In this document: one piece after another, positions 20,141 through 27,763 of the stretch
How the letters are laid out: every line of letters starts with the position of its first letter
Position numbering within the stretch: position 1 is the stretch's first letter
Source of the DNA: Armatimonadota bacterium
GTDB lineage: Bacteria; Vulcanimicrobiota; JACPDS01; JBDRKI01
NCBI GenBank assembly: GCA_043814095.1
Contig: JBDRKI010000119.1
Coordinates: 1 to 38,536 of the forward strand
Direction of reading: 5' to 3'
DNA: 38,536 bases
The notes under the pieces: generated by a model
Told to the model about the DNA's origin: nothing
The model's database searches: none
What the model saw: only the letters and a program-made list of their open reading frames with translations
Position numbers and translations under genes: made by a program

Positions 20141-21316
20141 ATGAATTATTTTTTAACCGAAGAACAGAAAATGATCCAGGAAACGGCAAGAAAAATAGCG
20201 AAGGAAAAAGTAGCGCCTATCGTTTCAAAGCTTGATGAGACGGGCGAGTTTCCCTGGGAGATTATGAAAGTTCTGTCCGAAGTCGGCATAATGGGCCTTT
20301 ATATCCCCGAAGAGTACGGCGGGCTGGGGTTCGGATGTTTTGAACTCTGCCTTGCGGTTGAAGAGCTTTCCCGCGTGTGTTCTGGCGTGGCAGTAACTTT
20401 TGCAGCTAACGCACTTGCTACTTTCCCGATAATATTGTTCGGTACGGAAGAACAGAAGAAAAAATATCTTCCTGATGTCGCAAGCGGAAAGAAGATGGCC
20501 GCGTTCGCGCTTACCGAAGCCGAAGCCGGTTCCGATGCAGGCGGGGTAAAGACCAGAGCCGATAAAGACGGCGATAATTATGTGCTTAACGGCACTAAAC
20601 AGTGGATTACTAACGGCGGGGAAGCCGAGATTTATACGGTATTCTGTGTAACGGATAAGAATAAAGGTATGCGCGGCGTTTCCACCATAATCGTAGAGAA
20701 AGATACTCCCGGTTTTACTTTCGGCAAGAAAGAGAATAAGATGGGTATAAGATGCTCCTCAACAAGGGAATTAATGTTTGACGACTGTAAGGTCCCGAAA
20801 AGCAATATACTGGCAAAAGAAGGCATGGGCTTTATAGTAGCCATGAAAACACTGGATAAAGCGCGTCCGGGAGTAGGGTCACAGGCTGTAGGTATCGCTC
20901 AGGGAGCGCTTGATGAAGCGTTGAAGTTCGCGAAAGAAAGAAAACAGTTCGGTTATCCTATAACACATTTCCAGGCAGTACAGCATATGCTCGCGAATAT
21001 GGCCACGAAAACCGAGGCCGCGAGAGCGCTTGTTTATTCCACGGCGAAGATGATAGATGCCGGCTCAAAAAACTTTTCGAAAGAATCGGCTATGTGCAAG
21101 CTTTATGCTTCGGATGTAGCCATGGAAGTAACCACCGACGCCATACAGGTTATGGGCGGTCACGGCTATATGAAGGAATATCCCGTTGAGAAAATGTTCA
21201 GGGACGCTAAAATAACTCAGATATACGAAGGCACTAACCAGATCCAGCGCAATGTAATCGCCCTGGAACTTATAAAAGAATCACAGAAAAACGAGAAAGT
21301 TGCCTTAACCGTATAG
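20141..21316 (+). CDS. Acyl-CoA dehydrogenase (short-chain/butyryl-CoA type)
   Basis: FALTEAEAGSDA, NGTKQWITNG, KMGIR, QIYEGTNQIQR. Confidence 0.95.
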   Translation: MNYFLTEEQKMIQETARKIAKEKVAPIVSKLDETGEFPWEIMKVLSEVGIMGLYIPEEYGGLGFGCFELCLAVEELSRVCSGVAVTFAANALATFPIILFGTEEQKKKYLPDVASGKKMAAFALTEAEAGSDAGGVKTRADKDGDNYVLNGTKQWITNGGEAEIYTVFCVTDKNKGMRGVSTIIVEKDTPGFTFGKKENKMGIRCSSTRELMFDDCKVPKSNILAKEGMGFIVAMKTLDKARPGVGSQAVGIAQGALDEALKFAKERKQFGYPITHFQAVQHMLANMATKTEAARALVYSTAKMIDAGSKNFSKESAMCKLYASDVAMEVTTDAIQVMGGHGYMKEYPVEKMFRDAKITQIYEGTNQIQRNVIALELIKESQKNEKVALTV

Positions 21317-21340
21317 ATTATAACCCTATATTATAAGGGG

Positions 21341-21386
21341 CAAAATGTTAACAAATTATTAACAATTTGTTAACATTTTGTTAATA
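21341..21386 (+). promoter_or_regulatory. Array of four 11-bp direct repeats (TGTTAACA core), copy 2
   Basis: Units start at 21346, 21357, 21368 and 21379; TGaTATAAT extended -10 at 21404-21412. Confidence 0.8.
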
Positions 21387-21469
21387 ATTTCTTTACCGGT
21401 ATATGATATAATATTCTTAGATAGAAGTATCTATTTATAGATTTTATTACTTAACGGGGGGATACGGTT

Positions 21470-22801
21470 ATGTTTAAGAAATTTTTAGCGCTCGCTTTAT
21501 TAGCAAGTTTCGTGTTTACAAGCTTTGCTTTTGCGGCAGACACAACATCATCCGAGACCGTGACTATTAAGGAGACGGTTACCACAACTGTTGAAGAAAC
21601 CGCTACAAAAACCCAGAGTGAGGATAAAGCATTTTTTAAATCCGACGGTCCTTATGTTGAGCCTTTGTACGGCATGATAGTCAAGCTTGAAGGAGATACC
21701 ATTGTAACCAATCTCGGCAAAACGAAAGACATACAGCCGGGAACGAAGTTTTACGCCTACAGGGTAAAAACTTTTATAGGGGTTGTTGAGATAGAAAGAG
21801 TTGAACAGTGGAGATCTTTCGCGAAGCAGATTTCTTTAGAACCCGGACAGGAGTTTAACAGGGGAGACAGATTATCCGATAAAGAACTGGAATTTGTAGG
21901 GGATCTGGTTTACATAAAAGGCACCAGGGTTGAAGTTATTACAACAACATCCGGCGACAAGTTTGAAACAGAAGATGTCCAGTATGAAACAAAAAATCCG
22001 AAAATAGATTTTAATAAATACAAAAATTCATCCATTGAAGATATCTTTAAAAAATACACAAAAGTATATACCGTTAAATCAAAAGGGAAAAAACGGGAAA
22101 GAACGGGCGCTATGCAGCTTAATGTGCCGGGCGTTTCAGATCTTGATTATCCTTATCCCAATTATCCGTACGGCGGCGGTTCCCTGTATAACCCGTACGG
22201 GGTAGGCGTTATGGACGCCATGTACGGCGCTACCTGGGCAAGCTTGTATTTTAATCCCAGAACAAGAACTCTTTTCGATTATTCATTTACCGATTTCTGG
22301 ACGGCATGGCCTGTTTATTCAAGCATAGCCTTCACTCTTTACACCAGGTATACCAATGCACAGCAGTATGAGAAGATGATGGGAATGGCGAGACAGACCA
22401 GTATATCGGTAACCAAATGGGACGAAGACCTTATATACGAACTTGCAGCTTATGATGCGTATAAAAACGCGATTTATGACGAGAATGTGGTTATAAAAAA
22501 CGCGGAGAATGTCATAAAAGCCAAAGGGCTTAGGGACAACCTGGTTTTTGCAGTAGGCATAAAATCAGTAGAAGACGGCGCGGTGCAGTTCGCCCCGTGG
22601 GATTACCATATGTATTTAGTTGATTCCGGCGGAAGAAGAATAAAATGCGAGAAGTACGACGCTTCTTTAGATAAGGGATTAAGCAAGGGAAGAGAAACTT
22701 CGGGGTTTGTATATTTTAATAAAAGATATGATACGAGCAAGATAACAATACTTTTAGAAGATATCTGGGGCAATAACGATAAAATGACTTTCAAAAACTA
22801 A
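21470..22801 (+). CDS. Secreted hypothetical protein: signal peptide, Thr-rich linker, FlgT-C-terminal-like domain, C-terminal beta domain
   Basis: MFKKFLALALLASFVFTSFAFA signal peptide; GMIVKLEGDTIVTNLG..I.PG..F..IGVVEI..V..S.A..GD pattern resembles FlgT-C folds (by eye). Confidence 0.75.
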   Translation: MFKKFLALALLASFVFTSFAFAADTTSSETVTIKETVTTTVEETATKTQSEDKAFFKSDGPYVEPLYGMIVKLEGDTIVTNLGKTKDIQPGTKFYAYRVKTFIGVVEIERVEQWRSFAKQISLEPGQEFNRGDRLSDKELEFVGDLVYIKGTRVEVITTTSGDKFETEDVQYETKNPKIDFNKYKNSSIEDIFKKYTKVYTVKSKGKKRERTGAMQLNVPGVSDLDYPYPNYPYGGGSLYNPYGVGVMDAMYGATWASLYFNPRTRTLFDYSFTDFWTAWPVYSSIAFTLYTRYTNAQQYEKMMGMARQTSISVTKWDEDLIYELAAYDAYKNAIYDENVVIKNAENVIKAKGLRDNLVFAVGIKSVEDGAVQFAPWDYHMYLVDSGGRRIKCEKYDASLDKGLSKGRETSGFVYFNKRYDTSKITILLEDIWGNNDKMTFKN

Positions 22802-22819
22802 TTTAAGGATACCTTTTTT

Positions 22820-22853
22820 AAAACCCGCTTGTTTTAATGCAGGCGGGTTTTTT
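22820..22853 (+). terminator. Intrinsic terminator
   Basis: CCCGCTTG-N8-CAGGCGGG followed by a T run. Confidence 0.8.
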
Positions 22854-22957
22854 ATTATCCCCATGCATTTATATTTATTACTTACTTAATTTATTTACTC
22901 ATTTATATGTCAGAGAAGGAGTTTCAGTATTTATTTAGAAAATAACTAGACTTGAAA

Positions 22958-22990
22958 TTCAATACCTTATAATATATTATAGGTATTGAA
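22958..22990. promoter_or_regulatory. Near-perfect palindrome overlapping the aminotransferase promoter (candidate operator)
   Basis: TTCAATACC-T-TATAAT-AT-ATTATA-GGTATTGAA. Confidence 0.5.
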
Positions 22991-23009
22991 AAATATTAAA
23001 GGAGGAATT

Positions 23010-24197
23010 ATGGGCAAGAATTTATTTGCAAAAAGAATGGACCGCCTCGGAACAGAGAGCGCGTTTGAAGTTCTGGCTAAAGCGAAAAAGATGGAAGCAG
23101 AAGGCATGGAAGTTATACACATGGAGATAGGCGAGCCTGATTTTGATACGCCCCAGAATATTGTAGACAAAGGGTGCTGGGCTCTGCAGAACGGCTTTAC
23201 TCACTACAATCCCTCAGCCGGCGTTATGGAAGTAAGGGAGACCGTTGCGGATTATCTTACGAAAACAAGAGGAATACCTTATGAGAAGGAAGAGATTGTT
23301 ATGGGGCCGGGAGGCAAGCCTTTAATCGCTTACGCTATTATGGCTTGTGTTGATGAGGGAGAAGAAGTTTTGATTCCCAATCCGACTTATCCGGCTTATG
23401 AATCAATTACAAACTTTATAGGGGCAAAGTCTGTTCCTATACCTATTCTTGAAGAAAAAGATTTCAGGTTTGACGTGAAAGAACTTGAAAAATACATAAC
23501 ACCCAAAACAAAGATGATGGTTGTAAATTCCCCGCAGAATCCCACGGGCGGCGTTTTAAGTCCTGAAGATCTTGAGCATATAGCCGGTCTTGCCAAGAAA
23601 CATGATTTTCTGATACTCTCGGATGAAATATATTCAAGAATGCTTTATGACGGACACAAACATCACAGTATAGCGTCTCTTCCCGGCATGAAGGAAAGAA
23701 CTATTTTAATGGACGGTTTTTCCAAGACTTACGCCATGACCGGCTGGAGACTCGGTTATATCGGAGCAACGAAAGAGATCGCTGACAGGATAAGCAAGCT
23801 TACTCTTAACATAGTTTCCTGTACCGCGACATTTACCCAGATTGCCGGTATGGAAGCGTTAACCGGACCGCAGGGTGCGGTTGATGAGATGTGTAAGGAA
23901 TTTGTAAAAAGACGCGACCTTATAGTTGACGGCTTAAACGCCATAGACGGTATAACCTGCAGGAAGCCTTTAGGCGCGTTTTATGTCTTCCCGAATGTTA
24001 AATCTTTCGGAAGAACAAGCAAAGAGCTGGCAGTTTACCTCTTAGAAGAAGCCGGTATCGCATGTCTGTGGGGAACCGCATTCGGCATTCACGGTGAAGG
24101 ATACATAAGGCTTTCTTACGCTAATTCGGTTGAAAATATTAAAAAGGCGCTGGATAAAATAGAGAGAGCTTTAAAGAAGCTTCCCGCAAAAGTATAA
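23010..24197 (+). CDS. PLP-dependent aminotransferase class I/II (aspartate aminotransferase-like)
   Basis: IGEPDF, NSPQNPTG, SDEIY, GFSKTYAMTGWRLGY; start moved to ATG 23010 after GGAGG. Confidence 0.95.
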   Translation: MGKNLFAKRMDRLGTESAFEVLAKAKKMEAEGMEVIHMEIGEPDFDTPQNIVDKGCWALQNGFTHYNPSAGVMEVRETVADYLTKTRGIPYEKEEIVMGPGGKPLIAYAIMACVDEGEEVLIPNPTYPAYESITNFIGAKSVPIPILEEKDFRFDVKELEKYITPKTKMMVVNSPQNPTGGVLSPEDLEHIAGLAKKHDFLILSDEIYSRMLYDGHKHHSIASLPGMKERTILMDGFSKTYAMTGWRLGYIGATKEIADRISKLTLNIVSCTATFTQIAGMEALTGPQGAVDEMCKEFVKRRDLIVDGLNAIDGITCRKPLGAFYVFPNVKSFGRTSKELAVYLLEEAGIACLWGTAFGIHGEGYIRLSYANSVENIKKALDKIERALKKLPAKV

Positions 24198-24222
24198 CTG
24201 TATTTTACAAGTTAAGATAAAA

Positions 24223-24258
24223 AATTATAGGGATTGAGAAGATTCAATCCCTATAATT
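24223..24258. terminator. Hairpin, probable terminator
   Basis: 15-bp perfect arms AATTATAGGGATTGA / TCAATCCCTATAATT. Confidence 0.7.
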
Positions 24259-24407
24259 ATATTTTATGCTTACCGGTTTCACTTATATCGATAGTATGTT
24301 AATATTAAGTAAAGCAAATGTAATTACAAAACAAAAGGAATACAATATATTGTATAGAATAAACTTTATAAATAGATGTTAATAATCTATGTAAAAAGGA
24401 ATTTATA

Positions 24408-25871
24408 GTGAAATTTTTTAAGATCAGCGAAGAGCAGATAGTGCTGTTTGTTGTTGTATTGATATTAATGGCATTAATTGCCTCTGTTTTTGTATGGACA
24501 TATAACCGCCAGAAAACCATATTAAAAAGCGATCTTGAAGGCAAGGCCCGCTTAATTGCCGATCAGCTGAACGCCCTCAGGCATTTTATAGCCCATAATC
24601 AAAATTTAATTAATTACAGCCACGGCGTGTTTGAATATAAAGGTCTCGGACCCCAGAAAGTTGCGACATCAGTTGCGGATATCTTAAATAATCACCCGGA
24701 TTATAAGTACAGGATAAAAATGGTGTCTCTAAAACCCAGAAACCCGAATAATAATACCGATGATTTTGAGTCCAAAAATATAAAAATATTTGAAGCTAAT
24801 AAAAAACTGGAAGATATTTTTGAGGAAAAAACTGTTAACGGCGAGAAAGTTTACAGGTATATGAAGCCTCTTGTTATGGGCGTGCACTGTATGGCCTGTC
24901 ACGGTTCGCCGAAAGGAGTTGTAGATAAATCAGGGTATCCCAAAGAAGGTTATAAGCTCGGAGACGTAATAGGGGCAGTATCTATCACTGTTCCGGCTGA
25001 TGTCATGACGGCGATTTTAAATGAGAACACAAAATCCCTCACTTACTTCCTGCTCATTGTGGGCATAATAACAATAGCAAGCATCTTCTTTTTGACAAGC
25101 AGGCTTATAAGCGTTAAAAGACAGATTGAGAAAATAAACAAGCTTCTTTCCGAAAAGAATGATGAACTGCTTAATCTTGAAAAAGTAAAATCAGACTTAA
25201 CCCATATGATTGTCCATGACTTCAGGGGAACGCTTGCGAATATAATGGGATATCTTTCCCTTCTTCTGGATGAACATATGGGTAAGTTTAACGAATCCCA
25301 GAGAGAATTTACCGAGGCCGCCCTTATAAATTCAAAGAAGCTGCTTAACATGGCATCGGATCTTCTGGACATTAATAAGCTTGAAGAAGACAGAATGCCG
25401 CTGAATAAGCAATCAGTGGATCTTATAGAATTATTTGAAGAAAAAGAAGATTTCTGGTCAAAGTCAGGGTCTCTTGAGAATAAAAAGGTAGAAGTGAAAA
25501 TAGAGGGCAGCCTGCCCGTGATAGAGACTGACAGAAATATTTTAGAGAGGATTCTCGACAATTTAGTTTATAATGCGATCAAACATACAACCCCGGGCAA
25601 GGGCAGGATAAAGATTTTATGCGCTTACGAAGAGGATAAGAAGAGGGTTGTATTTAAAGTTGCGGATAACGGAGAAGGCATACCGAAAGAATATCTTGAA
25701 AAAGTTTTTGATAAGTTCTTCCAGGTTGAAGCGGCCAGGACAAAGAAGATAATGGGTCTGGGACTGGGACTTACTTTCTGCAAGATGGCCGTGGAAGCCC
25801 TGGAGGGAGATATCCGTATTGAAAGCGAAGAGAGCAAAGGAACCGCAGTAATTGTTTCTCTAAATATTTAA
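24408..25871 (+). CDS. Sensor histidine kinase with extracytoplasmic c-type heme (DUF3365/Tll0287-like) domain
   Basis: Two TM segments; SLKPRNPNN, YRYMKPL, CMACHG (CxxCH), GYKLGD.IGA.S; H-box VHDFRG, N-box NLVYNAIKH, DNGEG, GLGLGL. Confidence 0.9.
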   Translation: MKFFKISEEQIVLFVVVLILMALIASVFVWTYNRQKTILKSDLEGKARLIADQLNALRHFIAHNQNLINYSHGVFEYKGLGPQKVATSVADILNNHPDYKYRIKMVSLKPRNPNNNTDDFESKNIKIFEANKKLEDIFEEKTVNGEKVYRYMKPLVMGVHCMACHGSPKGVVDKSGYPKEGYKLGDVIGAVSITVPADVMTAILNENTKSLTYFLLIVGIITIASIFFLTSRLISVKRQIEKINKLLSEKNDELLNLEKVKSDLTHMIVHDFRGTLANIMGYLSLLLDEHMGKFNESQREFTEAALINSKKLLNMASDLLDINKLEEDRMPLNKQSVDLIELFEEKEDFWSKSGSLENKKVEVKIEGSLPVIETDRNILERILDNLVYNAIKHTTPGKGRIKILCAYEEDKKRVVFKVADNGEGIPKEYLEKVFDKFFQVEAARTKKIMGLGLGLTFCKMAVEALEGDIRIESEESKGTAVIVSLNI

Positions 25872-25889
25872 ATTAATGAGGGTGCTAAT

Positions 25890-27092
25890 ATGAAAATAAA
25901 GAAAATATTTTTAAAACTTACGTTATTGCTTCTGCTGTGCGGTGTTTTATTAAATTTGCCTGCTCAGGCAAATAAAATTGATATACATTTCTGGTATTCC
26001 ATTCCCCCGGAATATTCGCCGCTTATGAGCAGGCTGATAGAAGAATTTAACCAGAAAAAAGCTTATTACAATGTAATCCCGAGAAATTTTGAATCACAGG
26101 AAGAATTATTTAACGCGCTTATGAAGGGCGATGAAGTCCCGAATGTTGCGTTAATTAATGCGGGCTGGCAGAGTACCCTGGTTAATACCGGCAGGATTGA
26201 AATGCTTGAAGATATAATGGATAAAGTCGGAAGCACTTTGAAAGTAATATTTAAGATGGATACTTTCAAATCAATATTAAAGACTGCATATTACAAAGAT
26301 AAGATATGGTCTATGCCCTTTTACGCGGTTAATTACGCGATACTTTATAACCCTGATATCCTTAAAACTTATAAGCTTAAAGCTCCTCCTAAGACATGGG
26401 CAGAGCTTTTAGAGGTAGGCAAAAAAATTAAAAAGAACGGCGGTTATGTTATCACAATACCGGCGAATTCAGATGTCAGGGAGCTCGGCCGAATTTTCGC
26501 GTCTTTTTTAATGCAGTACGGCGGTGATTTAAGCGATTCGGGAGCCGAAGAATACGCGAAAGTTATGAGTTTCTACAGCGATCTGGTCAACAAGCATAAT
26601 ATCTGCGCGATAGAAGATATTAATACAGATAAGGTTCTTATGTTTATAGGCGACGCGCAGGATTATTTAGATTATAAGCGCAAAGGCGTGAACCTTAAAG
26701 CGGCCCCGATGTTGAAGCATAATAAGCGGGCGTCTTATATTGATGCGTATAATCTCGTGATATTTAAAAGCGATAAATTAGATCCTATGAAGGCCTGGAA
26801 TTTTATTTACTGGATCAGTGAATTCCAGAGAAGTCTTATCTGGTCTTTAGAGACCCCTTATCTTCCGGCTCATAAGCAAGTGACCCTTTCCCCGGGTTAT
26901 TTCCAGTTTTTGCAGGACAATCCCGATATGAGGGTTTTCTTAAGCGAGCTTAAGGTTGGAAATACGGAAACAGATCTGTATAATTATGAAGTTTCAATTA
27001 AAAAAATAGGAGAAAGCTTTAAGATGGTAATAAGGGGGAGTAAAAATCCATCAGAAGGCTCTCATTCAGCTAAATCTGCCACTGAAAAGTAG
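25890..27092 (+). CDS. Extracellular solute-binding protein (carbohydrate/UgpB-like family 1)
   Basis: Signal peptide ending AQA; IHFWY, LIEEFN, WSMPF..ILYNPDIL, PPKTWAEL motifs. Confidence 0.82.
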   Translation: MKIKKIFLKLTLLLLLCGVLLNLPAQANKIDIHFWYSIPPEYSPLMSRLIEEFNQKKAYYNVIPRNFESQEELFNALMKGDEVPNVALINAGWQSTLVNTGRIEMLEDIMDKVGSTLKVIFKMDTFKSILKTAYYKDKIWSMPFYAVNYAILYNPDILKTYKLKAPPKTWAELLEVGKKIKKNGGYVITIPANSDVRELGRIFASFLMQYGGDLSDSGAEEYAKVMSFYSDLVNKHNICAIEDINTDKVLMFIGDAQDYLDYKRKGVNLKAAPMLKHNKRASYIDAYNLVIFKSDKLDPMKAWNFIYWISEFQRSLIWSLETPYLPAHKQVTLSPGYFQFLQDNPDMRVFLSELKVGNTETDLYNYEVSIKKIGESFKMVIRGSKNPSEGSHSAKSATEK

Positions 27093-27107
27093 TATAAAAT
27101 AAGCATT

Positions 27108-27169
27108 ATTATAAACCTTTAGTCTATCATTGTAGAGTACTTGACAAATACAGACTAAAGGTTTATAAT
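27108..27169 (+). promoter_or_regulatory. Consensus sigma70 promoter overlaid by a double HAIR-like (HspR) operator
   Basis: TTGACA(27141)-N17-TATAAT(27164); 18-bp perfect inverted arms 27108-27125 / 27152-27169 containing CTTTAGT / ACTAAAG. Confidence 0.85.
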
Positions 27170-27201
27170 GTATACAGGCAAGAATACTGCGGGAGGTAGT
27201 C

Positions 27202-27735
27202 TTGGGTAATAAAAATAAAAATCAACAAGATGACAGAAATCAACAGGATAGTAAACATGATGAAGAAGTTAATCCTTTAATTGAGGAGAATGCTAAACTA
27301 AAGGAAGACCTGGATGCCGCGAATGAGCAGATAAAGAGGATGCAGGCGGATTTTGAAAATTATAAAAAGCGTCTTTCAGAGGAAGCGGACAGAAGCAGAA
27401 AATATGCTTCCGAACGCATTATAATTGAACTGCTTCCTTTGATGGATAATCTTGAAAGAGCCATTAATAATATAGAAGAAGGCGCGGATATTTCTTCTTT
27501 AAAGAAGGGGATTGAACTTATTTATAAACAGATGAATGATGTACTCTCCCGCGAGGGATTGAAATGCATTAAATGCGAGGGTGAGTCTTATGATCCTAAT
27601 TTTGCGGAAGTTTTAATGTGTGAAGACAATCCTGATTATGATGAAGATACGGTTATAGAGGATCTTGAAAAGGGCTATATCCTCGGAGATAAAGTTATAC
27701 GGCCTGCGAAGGTTAAGGTATGCAGGAGACAGTAA
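27202..27735 (+). CDS. grpE: Nucleotide exchange factor GrpE
   Basis: ADFENYKKR, LLPLMDNLERA, KGY.LGDKVIRPAKVKV; TTG start with GGAGG SD. Confidence 0.96.
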   Translation: MGNKNKNQQDDRNQQDSKHDEEVNPLIEENAKLKEDLDAANEQIKRMQADFENYKKRLSEEADRSRKYASERIIIELLPLMDNLERAINNIEEGADISSLKKGIELIYKQMNDVLSREGLKCIKCEGESYDPNFAEVLMCEDNPDYDEDTVIEDLEKGYILGDKVIRPAKVKVCRRQ

Positions 27736-27763
27736 AATTTAAATTTAAAATAGGAGGCGAATT

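Noticed and set aside
20141-21316. Acyl-CoA dehydrogenase as part of a Bcd-Etf bifurcating cluster
   Set aside because: No etfAB, crotonase or thiolase genes in the window.
24305-24544. 79-aa minus-strand ORF upstream of and overlapping the kinase
   Set aside because: Antisense to the kinase TM region and runs through AT-rich promoter DNA; no SD or motif.
27093-27201. CIRCE element
   Set aside because: No TTAGCACTC-N9-GAGTGCTAA; the repeat present is HAIR-like.
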